25,588 nt of DNA from a virus (IMGVR_UViG_3300008114_000011); one strand, 5' to 3'; shown: positions 15,955 through 23,056, counted from the first letter of the stretch. The notes: generated by a model from the letters alone, not told the origin. Numbers and translations are program-made.

Positions 15955-16250
15955 ATGAGATATAAAGATAACAGAGGATTTGAACTGAAATTCTTTTCAA
16001 AAGAAAAAAGAGAATTTAGTACCGGAAAGGAATTTCTATTATATAACATTAGAACTGGTGATGTTTTTTCAAAATAACAATCTCAAAAGATGGTGAGTTA
16101 GTTGAAGCATTACCATTCTTTGAAGATATAAAAGATGAACTTTATAAACTAACCATGAATTATTTTATAGATGAAGAATCATACACTTATGATAAATGGA
16201 TACTTCCTCTATTAAGAAATAATCGAATAAAAGAATTAGGAATAACTTAA
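15955..16250 (+). pseudogene. Frameshifted tagged gene (about 98 aa if joined; ends LRNNRIKELGIT)
   Basis: The frame from ATG 15955 stops at 16075-16077. The -1 frame, open from 16062, ends in the tag. The junction is the T6 run at 16064-16069. Confidence 0.65.
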
Positions 16251-16297
16251 AACCAAAACATATTTCACCTCTTCCTTTATCGGTTATCCCAAACTAT

Positions 16298-16456
16298 ATG
16301 GGTATAAACTTAGTTAGTGTCGAGAGTATAACTTGGACACAAAGAGAAGATAATCAATTAATAGATCTTAAAATAAATTTCATTCCAGAGAAATCTAAAG
16401 AAGAGATATTAGCAGAAGATAGAGATTTAAGAATTGATAACCTTTTAAATAAGTAA
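16298..16456 (+). CDS. Small protein with tag (EDRDLRIDNLLNK)
   Basis: Manual translation MGINLVSVESITWTQRED..; the frame stays open upstream to 16223, so the start is uncertain. Confidence 0.65.
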   Translation: MGINLVSVESITWTQREDNQLIDLKINFIPEKSKEEILAEDRDLRIDNLLNK

Positions 16457-16474
16457 AATAAATCGAATGAGTTT

Positions 16475-17143
16475 TTATTTTAATTCACCAACATTAAGTT
16501 CAAACTTTTTAAATAAAGGATCTATTTCAATTAACCATGATTTAAGTATATCAAATTTAATTTTTGAATCAACACATAAAAAAATGTTACAAACTATATT
16601 TTCTAGATAAACAGTAGATTTATAATGACTACCAATCTCACCATTTGAAAAACTTGCTCTACGTGGATCTAATGACTCTAAACCATCCGAATTAACATAT
16701 TTATTCCACTCTACTAACTTCTTGTCCTTATACAAATAATAATTAAAAATTTTCTTACCAACAACATATCTATTATTAAATGGTTTTTCTTTACTAACCA
16801 ATTCTAAACTACTAATCCAATCTAATAATTCTATTAGAGTGTTTTTTAAATCACCAAACTTAGAGAATATTATTAAATCACTCAATACTCCAGATAAATG
16901 AAAATGATAACCAACCTCTAAAGCCATTCTCCTATGAGATTCATAAAAGTCCCAGTAATCATTTTTACTTCTTATTTGTCTAGTATCATCAACCTTCCAA
17001 ATATAAATACCACCATCACAAAAAACTTCAACCAATTCAAAAGTAGTATTACCATCTTCACAGAAGTGAATAACAATATCTTCCAACTCACCTTCTATCA
17101 TATCAAGTGACTCGTTGAATAATTTCCAATTTTTAATCCTCAT
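16475..17143 (-). CDS. Leader-bearing hypothetical protein (MRIKNWKLFNESL, 222 aa)
   Basis: Start moved to ATG 17143 because it gives the same leader as its neighbours. Confidence 0.8.
   Translation of the reverse strand: MRIKNWKLFNESLDMIEGELEDIVIHFCEDGNTTFELVEVFCDGGIYIWKVDDTRQIRSKNDYWDFYESHRRMALEVGYHFHLSGVLSDLIIFSKFGDLKNTLIELLDWISSLELVSKEKPFNNRYVVGKKIFNYYLYKDKKLVEWNKYVNSDGLESLDPRRASFSNGEIGSHYKSTVYLENIVCNIFLCVDSKIKFDILKSWLIEIDPLFKKFELNVGELK
17108..17143 (-). repeat. 36-nt exact repeat copy 1 (encodes MRIKNWKLFNES)
   Basis: Identical to 17583-17618; a diverged third copy is at about 18123-18162. Confidence 0.9.
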
Positions 17144-17162
17144 GTTACAATATATTTTTTTA

Positions 17163-17618
17163 TCAACGTTCAACAGAGTAGAAATTTTCATCTTTATTTA
17201 CAATATAGCCATTTTCAGAAAGTTTATTCCATAATCTATTTGAGTTTCTATTTCGCTCATTATTATATGAGTAGATTTTTTTTATATCATCCTCATTGAA
17301 AACAATATTAATACTTTTTTTAAATAAATCAAACCCCAAGTTTTTACCCCTATACTTATCAATGAGTTTATACGATATTATCCTATAAATACCTTCACCT
17401 GTCTCCATAACCTCATCAAAATATTCGTTTCCCTCAATCTTAAACTCCCAAATAATATCATCATTATAAATAAATTTTAAATCTATTGATTTATTATTTT
17501 TTTGACGACCATATGTTTTAATAACTTCTATATTGTTTAGTATTTCATGTTTCATAAACTTATCTTCCATACTCGATTCAACTGACTCGTTGAATAATTT
17601 CCAATTTTTAATCCTCAT
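17163..17618 (-). CDS. Leader-bearing GNAT-family acetyltransferase-like protein
   Basis: LIDKYRGKNLG (acetyl-CoA motif A) and RNRNSNRLWNKL (motif B-like). Confidence 0.75.
   Translation of the reverse strand: MRIKNWKLFNESVESSMEDKFMKHEILNNIEVIKTYGRQKNNKSIDLKFIYNDDIIWEFKIEGNEYFDEVMETGEGIYRIISYKLIDKYRGKNLGFDLFKKSINIVFNEDDIKKIYSYNNERNRNSNRLWNKLSENGYIVNKDENFYSVER
17583..17618 (-). repeat. 36-nt exact repeat copy 2 (encodes MRIKNWKLFNES)
   Basis: tgactcgttgaataatttccaatttttaatcctcat, identical to 17108-17143. Confidence 0.9.
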
Positions 17619-18162
17619 AATAAATGTTAGTTATTTTAGTAATATTATAAGTCCTTTCTAACCACTTTTTTAAAATATCGTCTAATAAGTTAGCATCATC
17701 TATAAAAACATGTGGTACATAAGATATATCACTTTCCATAAATATATTGTTATAAAGTAATTCATAATTCGGATTAAAAGTTTTATTAACTGTAAATGAA
17801 ATTACATACTCATTTTCCTTATAGTAGTGGTCTTCACCTTTTGATATAACTTTAATTTTAAGATTATTATAATTCTCATCTAACCAATTTAAAACAGCTT
17901 CTTCTCTACTCCCTTTATAGAAAATAAGAAACTCTTTCTTATTTATAACATTCCAATCTTCTTCATTAGCTAGTCTTTCAATTCTTTCAAAATCAGCTTT
18001 TGAAAATCCATAACCAGATATACGATACACAAGTAAATTAGTTGAGTTAGGATAATAATCATAAGGAACTATATTATCATAATCAACTAAAAACCATTTT
18101 ACATCCTCTAAACTTTCTTCAACTGACTCGTTGAATAACTTCCAACTCTTAATCTTTTTCAT
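17608..18162 (-). CDS. Leader-bearing hypothetical protein (MKKIKSWKLFNESV)
   Basis: ORF track; first gene of the minus-strand triplet. Confidence 0.8.
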   Translation of the reverse strand: MKKIKSWKLFNESVEESLEDVKWFLVDYDNIVPYDYYPNSTNLLVYRISGYGFSKADFERIERLANEEDWNVINKKEFLIFYKGSREEAVLNWLDENYNNLKIKVISKGEDHYYKENEYVISFTVNKTFNPNYELLYNNIFMESDISYVPHVFIDDANLLDDILKKWLERTYNITKITNIYYED

Positions 18163-18191
18163 ACTAAATGAAATTTGTTTTATATTATAAA

Positions 18192-18201
18192 GTATATATT
18201 A
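18192..18201 (-). promoter_or_regulatory. TAATATATAC motif
   Basis: GTATATATTA on the + strand, 30 nt upstream of ATG 18162. Confidence 0.55.
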
Positions 18202-18212
18202 AAAATATTTAT

Positions 18213-18220
18213 TATATTTG
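18213..18220 (+). promoter_or_regulatory. -7 box TATATTTG driving the tRNA-like elements and downstream tagged genes
   Basis: Matches TAnnTTTG. Confidence 0.65.
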
Positions 18221-18253
18221 TAGAAACATTTCCGATGGATAATGGGCAATGTT

Positions 18254-18334
18254 AGTCAGGTGGGCTAATGGGAAGTCATCGTGGATTAAGTTCCTTATAG
18301 CGTTATGATACAGGTTCGAATCCTGTCCTGACTA
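18254..18334 (+). tRNA. Atypical or degenerate tRNA, possibly Leu(UAA)-derived
   Basis: Acceptor AGTCAGG/CCTGACT, D-stem GGCT/AGTC, T-arm ACAGG-TTCGAAT-CCTGT, discriminator A. TAA at 18287-18289 sits in a poorly paired anticodon stem. Long variable region; no encoded CCA. Confidence 0.55.
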
Positions 18335-18388
18335 CTTCTGATTGGTTACTACTAAACAACGAGCATCGACGAAGAAAGGAAGTAGGTT

Positions 18389-18468
18389 GGTCAAGTAATG
18401 CGTAATGAGAAAGTGGTATCTCACCCTTAATGGTCGCATCGTCATAGGTTCGAATCCTATCTTGACCA
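18389..18468 (+). ncRNA. tRNA-like RNA with acceptor and T arms but no anticodon arm
   Basis: GGTCAAG/CTTGACC, ATAGG-TTCGAAT-CCTAT. ATGCG/CGCAT encloses the hairpin TGAGA-AAGTGGTA-TCTCA and TAATGGT. Confidence 0.6.
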
Positions 18469-18470
18469 CT

Positions 18471-18716
18471 ATGAATGAGTATAGAGATTTTATTAAGGAG
18501 TTAGAAAAACTTACAGTTTTACGTAAGTTAGATAACTATTTTTTTATATCTAAAATAAAAAAAGAACTAAATTACAAATATGTATTGGATGAAGATCTAA
18601 TATTAGAAGACTTTATGGAAATATGTCATAAGTATATAGATGATTTAGGTGAAAATGATAAAAACTTAATACTACCTTTACTTAGAGACTTTAAACTAAA
18701 AATGTTAAACATATGA
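18471..18716 (+). CDS. Hypothetical protein with tag (LLRDFKLKMLNI)
   Basis: Start moved to ATG 18471; the 18405 start lies inside the tRNA-like element. Confidence 0.75.
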   Translation: MNEYRDFIKELEKLTVLRKLDNYFFISKIKKELNYKYVLDEDLILEDFMEICHKYIDDLGENDKNLILPLLRDFKLKMLNI

Positions 18717-19045
18717 GAAAAGAATATCAATACAATCCGATGTTCTCAAAAGAAACAAATGATAATCTTAAAATATATCACGGAATATATGAAGATTGTA
18801 GTGAGATATTAGGTGCTGAAAAACATTTAGAACCATTCACTGGTAAAAGATCAGGATCACCAAGTGATGAAACAATGGTTAAATATAACGAATATTTAAA
18901 AGGTTATCTAAATGAAACTGATCGTGGTATTCTAAGAACTTTACTTGTGGTTGGAAAACCATATAAAAATCATCCTATTGTTAGTGAAACAATGGAGACT
19001 TTAGCAAATGAATTAAGAAGAACATCAAAAACAGGGAGAATATGA
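18713..19045 (+). CDS. Hypothetical protein
   Basis: ORF track; ATGA overlap. Confidence 0.8.
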   Translation: MRKEYQYNPMFSKETNDNLKIYHGIYEDCSEILGAEKHLEPFTGKRSGSPSDETMVKYNEYLKGYLNETDRGILRTLLVVGKPYKNHPIVSETMETLANELRRTSKTGRI

Positions 19046-19344
19046 TAACAACCGAATTTTTCGTTTACACAGACGACACTAACATTATAGATTCAATTGG
19101 TGAAAAAATAATGGAACGATTTCTATCTGATTATCCAGATTCAATTATAACATTTGATTATGATATAGATGAAGAACTACATAATGTCAAAATAGAAACT
19201 AATGAATTAACTAACATAGAGGATATCGATACTTTCTTATGTGAAGAAATATGTCAAGAGTTTGAATACTATTGTACTATATCAGATGGTGATAAATCAA
19301 AGTCTTATTACTTTGATGAAGATGATGAATGGTCATATAAATAA
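19042..19344 (+). CDS. Highly acidic hypothetical protein
   Basis: ORF track; D/E-rich throughout. Confidence 0.8.
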   Translation: MITTEFFVYTDDTNIIDSIGEKIMERFLSDYPDSIITFDYDIDEELHNVKIETNELTNIEDIDTFLCEEICQEFEYYCTISDGDKSKSYYFDEDDEWSYK

Positions 19345-19350
19345 AATATT

Positions 19351-19623
19351 ATGTTTGTAGTTAAAAGAACAGGTGGTTCGTGGGATGATTTTTATACAGA
19401 ATCCCTATTTGTAACCGGATCAGAAGAATTCGCTAAAAAGTATTGTGATAAAGCTAATGAATTCAATAAAAGACTAAAAAAGAGGTTTGGTGAAATTGAT
19501 AGTGAGTTAGAAGATATTGATGATACTGATGTTAGAAGAAATCTACTTTTAGAATGGTGGAGTAAGTATCATACTTTAAGTGATGTGAATGCTTACTCAT
19601 ATGAAGAAATTGAAGTTAGATGA
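19351..19623 (+). CDS. Hypothetical protein
   Basis: ORF track; GGSWDDFY..LFV..A.KY pattern. Confidence 0.8.
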   Translation: MFVVKRTGGSWDDFYTESLFVTGSEEFAKKYCDKANEFNKRLKKRFGEIDSELEDIDDTDVRRNLLLEWWSKYHTLSDVNAYSYEEIEVR

Positions 19624-19880
19624 TTAGACTGAATAAAGGAACCATTCTTGTTTGGAAGGAGAAGGTGGATGGATATAATTGTTTACCTGGTGCTAAAGCC
19701 ATAGTTACTGATGAAGATATAATTTTAGCAGGAAGTTACTGGAAGTCGTCGTCTCATATGGTATCAATTGAATTCATTGATGATCTTAGCAGAGGTCAAG
19801 CTAAAGGTAAATATTTCATACACAACTTTATAACGGTTGATGAATGGAGAGAAAAAAGACTTGATGAATTAGGAGTATGA
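19620..19880 (+). CDS. Small SH3-like protein with tag (EWREKRLDELGV)
   Basis: ORF track; FITVDEWRE. Confidence 0.8.
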   Translation: MIRLNKGTILVWKEKVDGYNCLPGAKAIVTDEDIILAGSYWKSSSHMVSIEFIDDLSRGQAKGKYFIHNFITVDEWREKRLDELGV

Positions 19881-20137
19881 AATTAGTTTGTGTAAATGAT
19901 AAAATCTTGAGAAGAGATAGTATGGGAAATGAGTATCTTAAAAAAGACGACTTCTTAGAAGTTGGTAAAGTTTATGATTTACCTTACTATGAATTAGATA
20001 GATACTTATCATCAAGTTATATTAGATTTTGGTTTGATGATAAAACTGAATATGGTTCTCATAGTTTAATTTTTTCTAAAGAAAACTTTGTGACTTTAGA
20101 AGAATGGAGAGAAATGCAATTAAATAAGATTTTATAA
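19877..20137 (+). CDS. Small SH3-like protein with tag (EWREMQLNKIL)
   Basis: MKLVCVND..LEVGKVYDL..FVTLEEWRE. Confidence 0.8.
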   Translation: MKLVCVNDKILRRDSMGNEYLKKDDFLEVGKVYDLPYYELDRYLSSSYIRFWFDDKTEYGSHSLIFSKENFVTLEEWREMQLNKIL

Positions 20138-20541
20138 TGAGTAGAATATATGAACATGTTATAACAACAAATTGTTGTGATGAATCTAAAAAACATAAAG
20201 TTGTAAAACTTCAATTTAATTTTGAAGATTCGTATTCAATTGATCTACCATCCACAAAAAAACCTAAATGGTTATCATTTGGTTTTAGAGATTTTTCTTG
20301 GGGAAAACATGAAAGTTATATAGAAGTTAATTTTTGTCCTTTCTGTGGTGAAAAAGTTCCAGAGATAGAGATAAATGAGAAAGCTCTTAAATACATGATA
20401 AATGATGGTGATGGTAATTATTGTGGAACGTGTGGTGAGAGAGAAATGTGTTGTGAATGTTTACCTCCATACTTTAGATGGAAACCAGTAGGTGTGAAAG
20501 TAAAACTTCCAAATGATAAGAAAATAAAAAAAGAAGAGTAA
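20137..20541 (+). CDS. Cys-rich putative zinc-binding protein
   Basis: CC, FCPFCG, CGTC and CCEC motifs. Confidence 0.75.
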   Translation: MSRIYEHVITTNCCDESKKHKVVKLQFNFEDSYSIDLPSTKKPKWLSFGFRDFSWGKHESYIEVNFCPFCGEKVPEIEINEKALKYMINDGDGNYCGTCGEREMCCECLPPYFRWKPVGVKVKLPNDKKIKKEE

Positions 20542-20547
20542 GAGTTA

Positions 20548-20754
20548 ATGAGACCTTGTATGTGTAGTACACCGAGAAGACACCCTGAGATTAAGGGATA
20601 TATTTTGATTGCTGATTATCCAGGTAATAGAAGAAAACTTGGAGAATTTGAACCATATACAAGTGGTGAGTTTTCTAAATATCCACACATTTGGAAACCT
20701 GTTTATCACACAGATGTGATTAGAGATAAGAAATTAACTGAATTGGGAATATAA
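20548..20754 (+). CDS. Small protein with tag (VIRDKKLTELGI)
   Basis: ORF track. Confidence 0.75.
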   Translation: MRPCMCSTPRRHPEIKGYILIADYPGNRRKLGEFEPYTSGEFSKYPHIWKPVYHTDVIRDKKLTELGI

Positions 20755-20933
20755 TGAGTGGAAGTTGGTCATATAAATCACCAAATTGTTTTAAATGTGA
20801 TGAGGTGATAACTGGTGAAGATATTTATACTATACCCGCTAAAATTAATGGTCTTAAAACAGAAATAAATGTTACGATTTGTAAGAAATGTTATAGAGAT
20901 TGGAAATTAAAACAAATTGGAATTAATGCTTAA
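20754..20933 (+). CDS. Small CxxC...CxxC zinc-finger protein with tag (CYRDWKLKQIGINA), 59 aa
   Basis: Manual translation MSGSWSYKSPNCFKCDEVITGEDIYTIPAKINGLKTEINVTICKKCYRDWKLKQIGINA; TAATG overlap. Confidence 0.75.
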   Translation: MSGSWSYKSPNCFKCDEVITGEDIYTIPAKINGLKTEINVTICKKCYRDWKLKQIGINA

Positions 20934-21543
20934 ACAATTTTTAGATAATCATAATAACAGTGGTGGTTTTTGTGAGTTAAACTCTAAGTTTAATAACTTA
21001 TCAATACATAGTAATATCTTAAAAATAGAGTTTAAAAAACTTTATACCCATCTTATTATACAGTTTTATGACGAAGGGTTAATAACAGGTGATGATAAAT
21101 CAAATATAAAGATAGATGATTTAAAAGAACTACTTAAAAGGAATAACCATTCAGATTATGAAAATCTAATATTAAATAGTTGGTTTGGTAAGTTAGAATT
21201 TAAAAACTCAGTTAGAATTAGTGGATATATGTATTCTATAATGGAATATTACTTTAATAAATATATTGATACTGTTCTTTATATTGATACAGATTCTATC
21301 TATGTTACTGAGATACAAGATGAAGATTTCATTAAAAGTATTGGAGTACCATATGAGATACATCAAATAAATCAAATCTACTTTATTTCTAAGAAAAGAC
21401 TCTATATAGAAATTAATAATGAGATAGTTAAACGTACCGTATCAAACAAAGTTTGGGAATCAACTAAAGATGTTTATCATAATATGGAAGCAATAATGAA
21501 ATCTAACATAAGAGAAAGAAAACTAAAAGAATTGGGTTTATAA
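20926..21543 (+). CDS. Miniature degenerate family-B DNA polymerase palm-like protein with tag (IRERKLKELGL)
   Basis: IEFKKLYTHLII (motif A-like), LILNSWFG (motif B-like), YIDTDSIYV (motif C) and SKKR. ATG 20926 preferred. Confidence 0.7.
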   Translation: MLKQFLDNHNNSGGFCELNSKFNNLSIHSNILKIEFKKLYTHLIIQFYDEGLITGDDKSNIKIDDLKELLKRNNHSDYENLILNSWFGKLEFKNSVRISGYMYSIMEYYFNKYIDTVLYIDTDSIYVTEIQDEDFIKSIGVPYEIHQINQIYFISKKRLYIEINNEIVKRTVSNKVWESTKDVYHNMEAIMKSNIRERKLKELGL

Positions 21544-21553
21544 ATATTTTTCA

Positions 21554-21561
21554 TATATTTG
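21554..21561 (+). promoter_or_regulatory. -7 box TATATTTG
   Basis: Matches TAnnTTTG; ATG 6 nt downstream. Confidence 0.6.
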
Positions 21562-21566
21562 TAATT

Positions 21567-21752
21567 ATGAGAGAAAAGTTAACTTACGAAGAACGTATAT
21601 CTTGGTTTATAAAGAACTTTTATGAAACAGGAATGGAATATCTTATATTATTAGAAACCATGAAAAATGAGGATTTAAGTAATTTACAATGGTATGATGA
21701 TATTATAAGAATCCCAGAATATGTTGATGAAATAGAAAACTATAATGGCTAA
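21567..21752 (+). CDS. Hypothetical protein
   Basis: ORF track. Confidence 0.7.
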   Translation: MREKLTYEERISWFIKNFYETGMEYLILLETMKNEDLSNLQWYDDIIRIPEYVDEIENYNG

Positions 21753-21843
21753 GAAGAAATCAGAAAGAGCTGAGTATTTTACAATTGGCTTGATTTTAGG
21801 AGTAGGTATAATGGGAATAATAGCAATCTTATTAATAAGTTAA
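21745..21843 (+). CDS. Single-TM micropeptide (32 aa, MAKKKSERAEYFTIGLILGVGIMGIIAILLIS)
   Basis: Manual translation; overlaps the previous stop and fills the gap. Confidence 0.6.
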   Translation: MAKKKSERAEYFTIGLILGVGIMGIIAILLIS

Positions 21844-21847
21844 CTTT

Positions 21848-22060
21848 ATGAAAGATAAATATACAACATACGATAAGTATGGTAAATACTCTTTTGACGA
21901 TGAAGATGGGTATATGACATATGATGGTAAATACCTTTCAAAATATTATGACGCTAAAATATGGTATGAATCAAAACCATCAGAATCAGAGGAAGAAAGA
22001 TTGGCAAGAGAAAAAGCTGAAGCTCGCGATAAAAAACTTAGTGAGTTACTAGGAGAATGA
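21848..22060 (+). CDS. Tyr/Asp-rich small protein with tag (ARDKKLSELLGE)
   Basis: ORF track; internal YDKYGKY / YDGKY repeat. Confidence 0.75.
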   Translation: MKDKYTTYDKYGKYSFDDEDGYMTYDGKYLSKYYDAKIWYESKPSESEEERLAREKAEARDKKLSELLGE

Positions 22061-22332
22061 AGATATTAAGAAGATTAGATATTTCGGAATTACACACTGG
22101 CATGATTGTAGCAAGTGAACAAAATGATGATCATCTATATGAATTAGATTTAAATGAATATCCTAAAATAAAATATAGATCTGTTGCTAAAATAGTAGAT
22201 GGTGAGTTTAAAAAACACAATAGTGATTTTTGGCATAAAACAATTTTTACTGGTTGGGTTGAAACTGAAGAATCTCGAAAAATAAACCCTCAAACAAAAA
22301 GAGAAGATAGACTAAAAGAATTAGGACTATGA
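22057..22332 (+). CDS. Small protein with tag (TKREDRLKELGL)
   Basis: ORF track; ATGA overlap. Confidence 0.8.
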   Translation: MKILRRLDISELHTGMIVASEQNDDHLYELDLNEYPKIKYRSVAKIVDGEFKKHNSDFWHKTIFTGWVETEESRKINPQTKREDRLKELGL

Positions 22333-22583
22333 GAATATCAATTGCTACCAAGATAATTAATGAAATGACTTCTATGACATCAGGATCATTCTATTTATAT
22401 TGCGTAGTAAGTGATATTAAGAAGGAAGTCTATGGATTATATTCTGATAATGATGAAATAGAAACTGAAGAGTTTATTAGTATATGTGAATCATATTTAT
22501 CGGAATATATAAAGAGTGGTGCTTCAGATTTAAGAGATCAATCTATTATAAGAGATATAAGATTATATCTACTCTTTATCTAA
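22329..22583 (+). CDS. Hypothetical protein with a truncated tag (IIRDIRL)
   Basis: ORF track; the last 15 nt overlap the convergent gene. Confidence 0.7.
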   Translation: MRISIATKIINEMTSMTSGSFYLYCVVSDIKKEVYGLYSDNDEIETEEFISICESYLSEYIKSGASDLRDQSIIRDIRLYLLFI

Positions 22584-23000
22584 TTTAATTATAACATTTG
22601 TATTCCCGATCAAAGATCTTTGAGTAGTTATATTATTAGGGTCTATATAATCTAAGTGTTCTTTTAAGAGATTAATATATCTCTCAATGGCTTCTTTACC
22701 ACTATCAGTTAAAGTCCTTTGGAATGTTTTAGGATCAGTAATTGTTCTTCCAATTATTTTTACAACCACCATATCTATATTTACTGATTTAGTATTAAAA
22801 ACATGACTATTAATGATTTTATTATATTCATCAACCTCAAAAGAATTACCAGATTTAGTAGCAAATGTATATCTTAATTCAAAACCTTCTTCTTCTAAAA
22901 GATATGAAATGGTTTTAATATCATCTACTATCTCATTAGCCTTATTATTATTTTCCGTTATAGGGTCATTAAAATCTTCAAATATCTTTAAATATTTCAT
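22569..23000 (-). CDS. Leader-bearing hypothetical protein (MKYLKIFEDF)
   Basis: ORF track; TAATATATAC upstream. Confidence 0.8.
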   Translation of the reverse strand: MKYLKIFEDFNDPITENNNKANEIVDDIKTISYLLEEEGFELRYTFATKSGNSFEVDEYNKIINSHVFNTKSVNIDMVVVKIIGRTITDPKTFQRTLTDSGKEAIERYINLLKEHLDYIDPNNITTQRSLIGNTNVIIKLDKE

Positions 23001-23004
23001 ATTT

Positions 23005-23014
23005 GTATATATTA
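23005..23014 (-). promoter_or_regulatory. TAATATATAC motif
   Basis: GTATATATTA on the + strand; ends 5 nt before ATG 23000. Confidence 0.55.
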
Positions 23015-23025
23015 AAAAAGAATAT

Positions 23026-23033
23026 TATTTTTG
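23026..23033 (+). promoter_or_regulatory. -7 box TATTTTTG
   Basis: Matches TAnnTTTG; heads tagged genes. Confidence 0.55.
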
Positions 23034-23056
23034 TATAAAAATAAAGAAATTGGATT

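Noticed and set aside
18253-18468. Selenocysteine or suppressor tRNA (8-bp acceptor possible)
   Set aside because: No UCA, CUA or UUA anticodon in a proper loop, and the D-arm geometry does not fit tRNA-Sec.
18405-18470. N-terminal extension of the 18405 ORF
   Set aside because: It is a translation of the tRNA-like element; ATG 18471 follows it directly.
20926-21543. Functional replicative DNA polymerase
   Set aside because: Far too short, motif A is degenerate, and there is no adjacent frame supplying the missing domains.
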